A stretch of DNA of 64,000 bases. Source: Polyangiales bacterium (GTDB taxonomy: Bacteria > Myxococcota_A > Polyangia > Polyangiales > Polyangiaceae). The position numbers were made by a program, and so were the translations under genes. Below, one piece after another: positions 36,954-46,317 of this stretch (position 1 is the stretch's first letter; every line of letters begins with the position of its first letter). The stretch lies in the NCBI GenBank assembly GCA_038231275.1, contig JBBRLQ010000005.1, positions 288,001 through 352,000 on the forward strand, written 5' to 3'. The notes beneath the pieces are model-generated. The model did no database searches and was not told the origin of the DNA. It saw only the letters and a list, made by a program, of their open reading frames with translations.

Positions 36954-38558
36954 TCAGTTCCCCAGGTAGCCGGGGACACCGGCGGCGATGACTTTGACGA
37001 TTTCGCGCAGGTCGCCCTGCTTGCTCCACGCGGCGTTCCAGAGCGCGAGGTAGAGAACGCGCTCGTCCTCGCTGTAACGCATCTGCCGGCCGAGGAAGAA
37101 GAGGAACTGCGCCTGGAACGTCTGCCGGAAGAACTTCTCCTTGCGGACGGCGACGGTGGAGAAAGCCTCCATCCCGGCTCCCTTGAACGGATAATCCGGC
37201 ACCACGCCCTTGTCGGAGTCGTCGATGGTGGCGCCGGTCAAATCGGTCGTGCGGTACGTGCCGTCGTCGGCCCATTTCAGGCGCTGGAACTCGAGCGGCG
37301 TCAGGATGCCGTGGCACGTGACGCACAGGCTGCCCGGCTCGACGGTCGATCCCGCCGTCGCCGAGATGCGTCCCGCGAGGATGGCCGGCGTGATCTCGAA
37401 GAGCTGCCCCATGTAGTCGGTCATGACGCGCGCCGCGTAGTTGTAGTGCGGCAGACCCGGCTTCGTCTTGATGAAGCCCGGCATCGTGAGCACACCGCTC
37501 TTTCCGTGCTCGGGGCCGCGCGTGATCTTGTTCCATTGCGCGTCGACCGAGTAGTCCGCGGTGAGGACGTCCTGCATCGGCGCGCCGTTGATCATCAGGT
37601 AGGTCCAGAGGCGGGCGGGCTCGCTCGACTCCGGCGTCCTGACGCTCTCGGTGCGCACCTGCGCGCGGTGGTAATAGAAATCGCGGAACTCCGGCGTCCC
37701 GATGTAGTGCGTGACCTTCTCGACGACGCTCTTGCCCGCGAGGCTCGTGATCTCGGCGTCGCTCGGCAAGCGCCCCGACAAATCGAGGGCGAGCTTTACG
37801 AGCTGCATCCGCTCTTTGTCGGCGCCGGTGACGACGGCGACGCTCGGCGGCAGCGTGAAGAGGAAGTCGGGATGACGCACGAGGCCTTCGCAGAGACCCG
37901 CCCACGCGCTCGCCGCGTCGGGGCTGATCGGCTTCAGCGTCGTGACGAGCGCGACGGCGTCGGTGACCTCTTGCGCGAGTGGCGCGCGGAGGAGGAGCTT
38001 CTGATAAAGCGTCGTCGCGAGCGCCGTGTCGCCGCCGGCGGGATTCGCCGGATCGCTTCCGGCGAACGGCCCGGTCTTGTTCGTCGCCGCGCGCGCGCAC
38101 GAGTCCTTCGCCACGCCGTCGAGCGCGACGAGGAAGTCCGGCGACGCGACGCGCGCCTCGCTGAACGTGGTCTTGAAATCCGCGCCGCCGAGCAGTGCGA
38201 TCTTGGTCGCGAAGTACGCCTCGGTGCCGCCGCCGATGCCGGTGTCGGCGAAGAGCTGCGTCACGCGCGCCTTCAGCTGGAGGTAGCTGACGAACGTGTT
38301 CTCGTAGTCGGTGTTCGGCGGTCCGGTGTACGGACCGAGGAGCTCCGGCGGAAATTGTTCGTCGGCGAGGGTCCCGCCGGGGATCGGCGTCGGCCCGCCC
38401 TCGGCCGTCGTCCCTCCGTCGTCACCCGTGCCGGGCGGCGTCGGTGGCGTCGCGCCGGACGTTCCGCCGGCGTTCAACGCGTCGGGATTTCCACTCGAGC
38501 AGGCGGCCGCCACGGCGACGCCGAGCACGAGGCCCAGGAGATTTCGATGAGGGCTCAT
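36954..38558 (-). CDS. Lipoprotein with DUF1588/DUF1585-like region and one CxxCH heme motif (usual DUF1501 partner)
   Basis: Lipobox VAAAC; LALDLSGRLPS, SGVLTMPGF, LCVTCHG, FFLGRQM. Confidence 0.75.
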   Translation of the reverse strand: MSPHRNLLGLVLGVAVAAACSSGNPDALNAGGTSGATPPTPPGTGDDGGTTAEGGPTPIPGGTLADEQFPPELLGPYTGPPNTDYENTFVSYLQLKARVTQLFADTGIGGGTEAYFATKIALLGGADFKTTFSEARVASPDFLVALDGVAKDSCARAATNKTGPFAGSDPANPAGGDTALATTLYQKLLLRAPLAQEVTDAVALVTTLKPISPDAASAWAGLCEGLVRHPDFLFTLPPSVAVVTGADKERMQLVKLALDLSGRLPSDAEITSLAGKSVVEKVTHYIGTPEFRDFYYHRAQVRTESVRTPESSEPARLWTYLMINGAPMQDVLTADYSVDAQWNKITRGPEHGKSGVLTMPGFIKTKPGLPHYNYAARVMTDYMGQLFEITPAILAGRISATAGSTVEPGSLCVTCHGILTPLEFQRLKWADDGTYRTTDLTGATIDDSDKGVVPDYPFKGAGMEAFSTVAVRKEKFFRQTFQAQFLFFLGRQMRYSEDERVLYLALWNAAWSKQGDLREIVKVIAAGVPGYLGN

Positions 38559-38753
38559 TCGGCGTCCAGCAACGCAAGAGATGTGCACACTCATTGAACG
38601 CCGAAATAGCGGAGTCATTCTCCGCCTGGATCTGCGACGCGCGGCGGACCAGGCGCGTCCATGAAGGAGGCCCGATCCATGTGCGCGGTCGGTGCTGATG
38701 AGCACCAACATGCGCCTGGATCGGCGTGGGCCCAGACGCTTTGCCCGACTCTT

Positions 38754-41648
38754 CTACGGCGAGGTCCAGACCACGTGATCCTCGGCCGCCGCGATCACGT
38801 CGGCGCGCGCGAAGGGAATCGGGCGATTCTGGTTTCGACGCCAGCGCTCCGCCTCGTCACGGAAGTGCGGGCTCGCGTTGTCCCAGATTTCTCCACCCGG
38901 AAGCGCGTTGCGTGCGACGGGACCGGAGGGCGTCATCTCGACCACGAAGCGCTGCGTCGGCCCGTGGCTGTAGTGGAACGTCGTCGTCGCGAGTGCGTCG
39001 CCCAGGCCATAGCCGCCGACGTCGATGTTGTAGCCGTCGCCGTGCCGCGGGAACCCGTCCGGGAACACCGGATCGGTGTCCGGCGGGATCGACAGGCCGG
39101 GCCACAGCGACACGAGGGACGAGAAGCGCAGCCGATGGAGCTTGCCCCAGCGCCAGCCGTTCGTGTCGGCGCCGAGCTTGGACTTCAGGTAGTCGAGGCC
39201 GTCGAGGAGCGACAGGAGCGCCCGCTGGTCGCGCGTCTCGACCACCGCGGCGGTGGAGAGATCGTCGAAGAGGATGCTGTCCTTGAGCGTCGCGTCGTAG
39301 GTCTTGAGCGTGGACGGCGGCGGCAGCATCACGTTGACGAGGCCTCGGACCAGATCGTAGCCGTCGCGCGTGCCGAGCGCGGTCGTCTCGTCGCCGAAGA
39401 CGTTGAACACCATCGCGACGAGCCACGTGTTGAAGATGGCGGTCGCCTTGCTTGCCGTCGCCTCCTTCGCGTCGGTGACCAAGCCGTCGTCGTCGGGGGA
39501 GACGCCGGACGCTGCGTCGTAGTCGCTGTCGGCCGCCCATTTGGTGAGCGCGTCCTTCGCCTCCGCGATCAGCGCGGGGGAGTAGCGCGCGCCTGCGACG
39601 AGGGCGGCGATGTCGGGGTGCGAGCCCGGCGTGGCCTTCTCTGCCTGAGCGCTGGCGATCGCGGCGAGGAGCTTGGGTGCGAGCATGTTCCCGATCGACG
39701 ACTTGGCGTCGGCTTGGATGCTCGCCATGTCATCGAGCGTGATCGGGTGGCCGGTGTTCTCGATGCGCTGGTGCACCCGCCCGACGCGGAAGCCCGGATC
39801 GTGGAAGCAGGCGGTGTAGACGGGATCGCCGCTCGGCAGCACGTCGTTGGAGGGATCGTTGTCGAGCGTGCCGCCCACTTGGTCGCCGTTGGCGGTCCCG
39901 ATGTACTCCTTCTTGGGGTTCTTGATGTGCGGGACGAAGCCCTCGTCGAGGAACTTGTCGGTCCACTCGGCGCTTCCGTCGCCCGGCAGCACCAAGCAAG
40001 GCAGCGTTCCGGAGTAGGTGGCGGGCGACCACGTGTATGCGGCCTTCACGCGCAACGGGATCTGCGACTGCGTCGTGTAGAAGATGTCCCCGTGGCTGTC
40101 GGCGACGACCCAGTTCTGTGCGCCGACCTCGAAGCTGCGAAAGGCGGTCCGCGCGTCCTCGACGTTCTTGGCCTGGACGAGCTTGGCGACGGTGTCGAGC
40201 TCGTGGGTGGGCTGATGGCCGGTCCAGCGAACGCTGAGCGAGCTCGGGAGAGGCGGGTGAACCTGATGATCGGCGCCGATGTTGGGGACCAGCGGCCCGT
40301 GGTGTGGAACGATGAGCACGTCGAACTCGTACGAGCCGCCGCCTGCGATGGGGATGATCTCGTGCACCTTCTGGAAGGTCACGGGCTGCCCCTTGTAAAC
40401 GACGCCGCTGAGATCGGCGGTCAGCGTCTCCTTGTAGACATCGGTCACGTCGTAGTCGGCGGTGGTCGCGCCCCACGCGATGTTCTCGTTCATGCCGAGG
40501 ATGATCGCGGGGATGCCGGGGAAGGAGAGGCCCGCGAAATCGAGCGGCGCCTGCGGATCGGAGACGTTCACGTGCACCATCCAGAACACGCTCGGGGCGC
40601 TCAGCGACAAGTGCGGATCGCTCGCGAGCATCGCGTGGCCAGTGGCGGTGAGCTGGGGGCCGACGATCCAGTTGTTCGAGCCGGTGAACGCCTTGTCGCC
40701 GAGCAGATGGCGGATCGTCTTCAGCGCGTCGGTGAACGGCTTGGCCGCGGCGAGGGTCCCCTCCGACACGCGCGGCGTGCGGACCTTCGCCGCGGGCGAT
40801 GCCCCGTGGACCGGCATGCCGGTCTTGCCCGGATCGTTGGGGAAGCCGTCCATCGCCAGCGTGGGATCAATCGGCGCGAAGCGCGCCACGTCGTTCAAGA
40901 AGCCGGCGCGCTTGGCCAGGTTCGGGTCGACGGCGCCCGGCGCGAACTTGGTGCGCGACGCCTCGACGAGCTGCGTGAACGAAATTTCGTCGTCGGCCTG
41001 GTAGCCGAGGTTGAACGCCTGGAACCGCGCGACCGCGAGCACGTCTGTGCCGGTCCACGGCGCGAACGCCGTCTTTTTCAGCCCGAACATGTAATCCGGG
41101 TAGTGCTCCTGCCCGGCGTTCACGCGCGTGTTGAACTGGTTGATCCCATCGACGTACGCGTCGACCCATTTCTTGAGATCGCCGCCCGCCGGCAGCGCGT
41201 CGTACATCTGCTTGGCGACCCGCGCGAGGCCGACGGTGCGGATGGCGATGTCGGTGTCGACGAGTCCTGGCGCCTGATCGCCGAAGAGCTCGGCGAGACG
41301 ACCGGTGGCCGAGCGCCGCAGCACTTCGAGCTGCGCGGTGCGATCCTTCGACACTTGGTAGCCCTGCACGCGGAACGCATCTTCGGCGTTCGTCGCGTAG
41401 ATGTGGATCATGCCGTACTTGTCCCGAAGGACGTCGACCGGTCCGTGAAGGTTCCCGATCGAGACCTTGCCGGTGACCGGCGGGAGATCGCCCCCATCGG
41501 GCCCTGCGTCGACCCCCGGCGGGACCGTCACGTCGAACGCGCCGCCGCCGCCGCCGTCCTTGGGCGCGAAGGTCACGTCGTCTCCACCGCAGGAGGACGC
41601 GAGCGAAGCAAGGGCGAGGCACGAAAGGACGAGGAACTGGCGCTTCAT
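38754..41648 (-). CDS. Penicillin acylase-family (S45) Ntn-hydrolase lipoprotein
   Basis: Lipobox LASSC; RDKYGMIHIYA, GSNNW (beta-subunit Ser at 40677-40679), ASDPHL, QNWVVAD, TAN, WRWGKLH. Confidence 0.93.
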   Translation of the reverse strand: MKRQFLVLSCLALASLASSCGGDDVTFAPKDGGGGGAFDVTVPPGVDAGPDGGDLPPVTGKVSIGNLHGPVDVLRDKYGMIHIYATNAEDAFRVQGYQVSKDRTAQLEVLRRSATGRLAELFGDQAPGLVDTDIAIRTVGLARVAKQMYDALPAGGDLKKWVDAYVDGINQFNTRVNAGQEHYPDYMFGLKKTAFAPWTGTDVLAVARFQAFNLGYQADDEISFTQLVEASRTKFAPGAVDPNLAKRAGFLNDVARFAPIDPTLAMDGFPNDPGKTGMPVHGASPAAKVRTPRVSEGTLAAAKPFTDALKTIRHLLGDKAFTGSNNWIVGPQLTATGHAMLASDPHLSLSAPSVFWMVHVNVSDPQAPLDFAGLSFPGIPAIILGMNENIAWGATTADYDVTDVYKETLTADLSGVVYKGQPVTFQKVHEIIPIAGGGSYEFDVLIVPHHGPLVPNIGADHQVHPPLPSSLSVRWTGHQPTHELDTVAKLVQAKNVEDARTAFRSFEVGAQNWVVADSHGDIFYTTQSQIPLRVKAAYTWSPATYSGTLPCLVLPGDGSAEWTDKFLDEGFVPHIKNPKKEYIGTANGDQVGGTLDNDPSNDVLPSGDPVYTACFHDPGFRVGRVHQRIENTGHPITLDDMASIQADAKSSIGNMLAPKLLAAIASAQAEKATPGSHPDIAALVAGARYSPALIAEAKDALTKWAADSDYDAASGVSPDDDGLVTDAKEATASKATAIFNTWLVAMVFNVFGDETTALGTRDGYDLVRGLVNVMLPPPSTLKTYDATLKDSILFDDLSTAAVVETRDQRALLSLLDGLDYLKSKLGADTNGWRWGKLHRLRFSSLVSLWPGLSIPPDTDPVFPDGFPRHGDGYNIDVGGYGLGDALATTTFHYSHGPTQRFVVEMTPSGPVARNALPGGEIWDNASPHFRDEAERWRRNQNRPIPFARADVIAAAEDHVVWTSP

Positions 41649-41688
41649 TGGGCGCGAGTATGCCATTTTTCACGGCGCATCCGGGCGC

Positions 41689-42405
41689 TCACGGACCGAG
41701 CGCGTCGAGCACCGCGCGCGCCTCGGCCTTTCGATACCCCTTGAAATCCCCGCGTGCGAACGGCTCGAGCGCGTCGCGCGCCTCGTCGTTGCGTCCGAGA
41801 CGGACGAGGTCGAGGCCCCTGTTGTACCGCGCCTCCAGCGCATACCGCCCGCGCGGGAACGCCGCGAGGTACGCGTCCCATCCCGCGACGGCCCGGGCGG
41901 GATCCTTGTCGACGAAATGGGCGCGATGGGCAACGGAGTAGAGGCGGTCCTCCACGTCGGAGGCCGCGGCGGGAGGGGGGAGGGGGCCAGCGGAGGTCGC
42001 GGTCGAGGTTTGAGTCGGCGCCGGAGTCGGGGTCGGGGTCGGAGTCGTGGTCGGGGTCGGAGTCGGGGTCGGAGTCGGGGTCGGGGTCGGAGTCGGGGTC
42101 GGGGTCGGAATCAGGGTCGGGGTCGGCGCTGAGGTCCGCGTGTTCGTCAGCGCGTCGATGGCGCGTGAGAGGCGGCCCGTCGCTGCGGCCCATGCCGTGG
42201 CCGCGAAGAAGGTCGCCGCGAGGGCGATGGCGACGTAGCCCCAGCGCGCTCGGCGTCGCCGGGTGGCGGACGCCGCGAGGAGGATGCGGGCGCGCGTGCG
42301 GGGCGCCAGGCTCGGCGCGCGCACGTCCGCGGTCGTTTCGCGCAGGGCTGTGAACGCTTCGCGGAGGTGCGCGTCGTCGTCCTGCTCGTCGTGGAGCGGC
42401 GTCAT
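41689..42405 (-). CDS. Putative membrane anti-sigma factor with Pro-Thr linker and TPR-like C-terminus
   Basis: ATGA coupling to the ECF gene; TM YVAIALAATFFAATAWAA; (PT)n; YLAAFPRGRYALEARYNR. Confidence 0.75.
   Translation of the reverse strand: MTPLHDEQDDDAHLREAFTALRETTADVRAPSLAPRTRARILLAASATRRRRARWGYVAIALAATFFAATAWAAATGRLSRAIDALTNTRTSAPTPTLIPTPTPTPTPTPTPTPTPTPTTTPTPTPTPAPTQTSTATSAGPLPPPAAASDVEDRLYSVAHRAHFVDKDPARAVAGWDAYLAAFPRGRYALEARYNRGLDLVRLGRNDEARDALEPFARGDFKGYRKAEARAVLDALGP
42023..42126. repeat. Hexanucleotide tandem repeat (GGRGTC)n encoding the Pro-Thr linker
   Basis: Imperfect GGAGTC/GGGGTC tandem units inside 41689-42405. Confidence 0.9.
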
Positions 42406-42998
42406 TCGATTCCCCTCTTCGTGAGCGCGGCGCGCAGCTTCTTTTTGCCGTGAAACACGCGCGTCCGAATCGTTGCCTCCGGCGCGCCCGTGATCTGCGC
42501 CGCCTCGCCGGCCGTTCGCTCCTCGACCTCGCAGAGGACGATCGCGATGCGCTGCTCCAACGGCAGCTCGTCGAGCGCGGCGCGCAGCGCGTCGGCGAGC
42601 TCCTGACGGCGGGCCTTCGACTCCGGGCCGCTCGGCGGGGTCGACTCGTCGCCTGCCACCGCGCTCATCGCGGCGGCGCGGCGCGCGGTGCTCCTGGCGT
42701 GGTGCCGCGCGTGGTTGGCAGCGACGCCGATCACGAAGGATCGCAGCGGCGCGTCGCCGCGATACCGCCGTGCCGCGCTCGGCAACGCGAGGAACGTCTC
42801 CTGCACCAAGTCTTCGGCCGCCGTTGCGTCGCCGACGAGCCGCCTCGCGAAGCGCCTCACTTGCTCGTGGAAGGCGTCGTAGGCCTCCCCGAGCGCCTCG
42901 ACCTCGCCATGCGCGAGCCGCGCCGCGAGCCGGCCGTCGGGACCCGCCTCGACGTCGCCTTCCACAGCCTCGTGACTAACACGTACCGCCGCGTTCAC
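42402..42998 (-). CDS. ECF RNA polymerase sigma factor
   Basis: AEDLVQETFL (region 2); LDELPLEQRIAIVL...EAAQITGAPEATIRTRVF (region 4). Confidence 0.92.
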   Translation of the reverse strand: MNAAVRVSHEAVEGDVEAGPDGRLAARLAHGEVEALGEAYDAFHEQVRRFARRLVGDATAAEDLVQETFLALPSAARRYRGDAPLRSFVIGVAANHARHHARSTARRAAAMSAVAGDESTPPSGPESKARRQELADALRAALDELPLEQRIAIVLCEVEERTAGEAAQITGAPEATIRTRVFHGKKKLRAALTKRGIE

Positions 42999-43060
42999 GC
43001 CAAGCGGTTCCCGCGCGCGCGCATTCCATTCAAGAGAATCTTTTCAAAGGAACGTTTCTT

Positions 43061-44146
43061 TCAAAAGACGCCGCCGAGCCCGACCATCGCGCCGCCCGCG
43101 ATGGGGGAGACGGAGAAGCGCGGGCCGGCCGTGGCGCTGGAGGGCCTTACGGCGCGCCCGCTCGTCTTCTCGAACACGCGCAGGGACGTCTCCAGGGGAC
43201 CGTCGGTCGCCGCGTAGATCACGCCTGCCAGCGCACCGAACGCGCCATAGGCGAGGAGAAACCCGGCATCGGTTTTTCGGTTCGCCCCCCACGTTCGTTC
43301 GTCGACGAGCGCCCAGGTCCCGAGGCCGGCGCCGACGCCCGCGACGGCGAACCCCAAGATCGCAGAGAAGCGTCGGGCGCGCATCTCGTCGGCCGCGGCA
43401 TTAGCCCATGCCTCGTCGAGCTCTATCGGCTGGAGAGCCGCCTTCCCGAGGAGCTCTTCGAACGGCGAATCGGGCGCGAGCGCGAATCCGAGGGCGGCGT
43501 ACAACGCGCCGCCCGCGCTGAAAAAGAGGATGGTGGGGCCGGTCGTACGATCGCCGCTAGCATACACCGCGGTCCCCACGCCTATGCCGGTCGCCGCGAC
43601 GCCCAGCACGCCGAAGAGAACGGCCCTGCGGAACCGGCGGTCCTGAGCGGCGTAGTATTCGAGGATTTCCCGTACGTTCACCCGACTGGGGCGCGGCGCG
43701 TCGTCACGCGTCGGGGACGGAGCTGCAGCTTCTCTCTTTCTCCGGAGATCGCGCGCGAGCTCCGCGCCCTCGTCGCGCGCAAGGTTGCCGGCGACCAGCA
43801 CCGCTTCGCGACGTGCGGTGTCCGGGTCGGCGGGGAGCGCCACCGTCCGAACCGTCGGCGCCGCTTTGGCGAGGTAGGTGATGCGCATCGCGTGCTTGGC
43901 GCCGTAGACCTCGACGCGGAGCGTCCCCTTGGCGCCCGGCGCACGCGGATCGTCGGGGGCGACCGCCGTGGCGTGCAGCTCCTCGCTGAGGGCTGCGCGC
44001 AGCTTCTCGACATCCAGGATCGCGCTGCCATCGTCGACCTCGACGACGACGGTCTCGGGTTCGGCCGCCCGCGCGTCCGACTCCCCCAGAATCCCCACGA
44101 GGGCGAGAACACCCAAGAGCAACACAAGCGCACGAAAAAACGGCAT
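43061..44146 (-). CDS. Hypothetical exported/membrane protein with C-terminal Phe-ending beta strand
   Basis: GAAGGAG RBS before ATG 44146; signal-like N-terminus; Gly-rich hydrophobic segments; ends GGAMVGLGGVF. Confidence 0.7.
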   Translation of the reverse strand: MPFFRALVLLLGVLALVGILGESDARAAEPETVVVEVDDGSAILDVEKLRAALSEELHATAVAPDDPRAPGAKGTLRVEVYGAKHAMRITYLAKAAPTVRTVALPADPDTARREAVLVAGNLARDEGAELARDLRRKREAAAPSPTRDDAPRPSRVNVREILEYYAAQDRRFRRAVLFGVLGVAATGIGVGTAVYASGDRTTGPTILFFSAGGALYAALGFALAPDSPFEELLGKAALQPIELDEAWANAAADEMRARRFSAILGFAVAGVGAGLGTWALVDERTWGANRKTDAGFLLAYGAFGALAGVIYAATDGPLETSLRVFEKTSGRAVRPSSATAGPRFSVSPIAGGAMVGLGGVF

Positions 44147-44163
44147 CCAAGCACTCCTTCTGA

Positions 44164-45069
44164 TCAAGGGTGCCCGCGGCGCGCCGTTTCGTTCAATCGC
44201 TCCACGGGCACGCCGAGCAGCTCGGCCTCGCGGACGACGGTGGAGAGACCCTCTTCATCGGACGCGTGGAAGAGCGCGTCGGCTGCGCCGATCCACGCGA
44301 GCGCGTCGTCGCGAGAGACCTTCCCGACGAAGCGCGCGTCGACCCCACGGCGGCGCGCGTGCTCCAGGAGACGCGCGCGCTCGGGGCCGTCGCCGACGAG
44401 GACCAGGCGCGCGCCGCGCTCGTGAGCGGCGATGTATTCGATCGCGCGATCGAAGCGCTTGCTTCGCACGAGACGCCCCACAGCGACGAAGAGCGGCGCG
44501 CCGATCTCGAGACGCCGCTGGCGAGCGCGGTCGGCCACGTCGGGGATCTCGATCGGGCTCGGGGCCACGATGGCGACCGCACGCACGAGGTCGCGTGTCG
44601 CGTCGGTCAGCCCGTCGGTGAGGCGGGCGAGCAGCGCCTCCGACACGAAGCGCCAGAGCGCGACGCGCGCGACGATCGCACGAACCATGCGCGCCCGTAT
44701 CGGCGCCGGCAACGCGAGGAGCAGTCGCACGTCAGCCCCGTGTGAGACCCCTTCGACGCGCGCTCGCCCACCGAGCGCGATCGGGAATACCGAGGGCACG
44801 ACCCAGTGGCACACGATGCGCTCCGCGTTCGCCGACGCGAGCTCTCGTCGCGCGTGGACGATCCAACGCGCGGCGCCGAACGCCCTCCACGGCGCGGCGC
44901 GCAGGCGTGCGGCCACGCCAGGCCAGCCGAACGCCCCCGTAGGGTGCGGCGCGATGACCTGGACCTCGTGCCCTTCGCGCTCCATCGCCCGGACCTCGGC
45001 GCGAACGAAATGGCCGGCCGGATCCCCTTCGCTCGCGGGGTAGCTGGTGGTGACGACGGCGACGCGCAC
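44164..45069 (-). CDS. Glycosyltransferase family 4
   Basis: VVTTSYP...AGHFV, HGADV, VGRLVRSK, VGDGPER, EGLSTVVREA. Confidence 0.88.
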   Translation of the reverse strand: MRVAVVTTSYPASEGDPAGHFVRAEVRAMEREGHEVQVIAPHPTGAFGWPGVAARLRAAPWRAFGAARWIVHARRELASANAERIVCHWVVPSVFPIALGGRARVEGVSHGADVRLLLALPAPIRARMVRAIVARVALWRFVSEALLARLTDGLTDATRDLVRAVAIVAPSPIEIPDVADRARQRRLEIGAPLFVAVGRLVRSKRFDRAIEYIAAHERGARLVLVGDGPERARLLEHARRRGVDARFVGKVSRDDALAWIGAADALFHASDEEGLSTVVREAELLGVPVERLNETARRGHP

Positions 45070-45123
45070 GCCGGGAGGGTAGCCTGCTCCGCAGGCGCGG
45101 GACGGTGCTACCTTCTCCCGGCC

Positions 45124-46305
45124 GTGACCGAGTCGCTCAAGGATGGCCGCTACGTCGTCACCCGCGCCCTCGGCGAGGGATCGCAGGGCACGACGCTCGA
45201 GGCCGTCGACAAGCGTGAAGGGCGCCTCGTCGCGATCAAGCGCTTCGAACTCAAGAGCGCGCGCAAGTGGAAGGACGTCGAGCTCGCCGAGCGCGAAGCG
45301 CGTGTCCTCGCGTCACTCTCCCACCCGCAGCTTCCAGCGTATGTCGAGCACTTCGAGGAGAACGGGACCCTCTACCTCGTGATGGAGCGCATCGAGGGGT
45401 CGAGCCTCGCCGAGTTCCGCAAGAGCGGAGGATCGTTTGGCACCGACGACGCGATCGCGCTGCTCGAGCAGGCCTCGATCATCCTCGATTATCTCCACGG
45501 GCGGGCGCCGCCCATCATTCACCGCGATTTGAAGCCCGGAAACGTGATCCGACGGCCCGACAAGAGCTTCGCGTTCGTCGATTTCGGCGCGGTGCGCGAC
45601 AAGCTGCGGCTCGAGGGGGGCAGCACGATCATCGGGACGTTCGGGTACATGGCGCCCGAGCAATTCCAAGGGCGCGCGGCGCCGGCGTCGGACGTCTATG
45701 CCATCGGTGCGACCGTGCTGTGGATGCTCACCGGCGTCGAGCCGGAGGATCTTCCGCACAAGGGCCTCGCGGTCGACGTGGCGGCGTCACTCGGCGCCCA
45801 GGCGAGCCCCGACATCGTCCGTGTGCTCTCGGCGATGCTCGAGCCCGATCCGGAGAAGCGTCCGCGCCGCATCGGACCGCTCCTCGTTGGCCTGCACGCG
45901 GCGCCGGCGGCCGCGCGCCCACGGGTCACGTCGCGGCCCGCGCCCCCGCCGCCCCCGCCTGCCGCGCTGCGGCCCTCGTCTCATGAAGACGAGTTTCCCG
46001 GCAATCTCGTGCGGATCCTGAGGCGCTTCATGCCCGCGCTCTGGGTGATGAGCGCGCTCGCGTGGTGGTGGCTGCCGTTTCGCACGTCGATGAGCTTCAC
46101 GATCGGCCTCGTCGTCCTCTCCATCGTCACGCGCGCGTCGCGGCCTCGGTCGCCGCGAAACAAGGAGGCGCGCCGCAATGAACGTGGCGCCCGCACGCGG
46201 GTCGCCGACCCACGCGTCCGGGTCTCCGAGCCCGATCCGCACGAGGTCGAGGCCGAAGCGGAGCGCGCCTGGCGCGAAGAAGAAGCTCGCCGCCGCGGCC
46301 CTTGA
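45124..46305 (+). CDS. Ser/Thr protein kinase with two C-terminal TM segments
   Basis: LGEGSQG, VAIK, HRDLKPGN, DFG, GTFGYMAPE. Confidence 0.92.
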   Translation: MTESLKDGRYVVTRALGEGSQGTTLEAVDKREGRLVAIKRFELKSARKWKDVELAEREARVLASLSHPQLPAYVEHFEENGTLYLVMERIEGSSLAEFRKSGGSFGTDDAIALLEQASIILDYLHGRAPPIIHRDLKPGNVIRRPDKSFAFVDFGAVRDKLRLEGGSTIIGTFGYMAPEQFQGRAAPASDVYAIGATVLWMLTGVEPEDLPHKGLAVDVAASLGAQASPDIVRVLSAMLEPDPEKRPRRIGPLLVGLHAAPAAARPRVTSRPAPPPPPPAALRPSSHEDEFPGNLVRILRRFMPALWVMSALAWWWLPFRTSMSFTIGLVVLSIVTRASRPRSPRNKEARRNERGARTRVADPRVRVSEPDPHEVEAEAERAWREEEARRRGP

Positions 46306-46317
46306 TGCGATGAGGTG

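Noticed and set aside
42023-42126. Hexamer repeat as a phase-variation or CRISPR-like element
   Set aside because: In-frame, degenerate and simply encodes a Pro-Thr linker.
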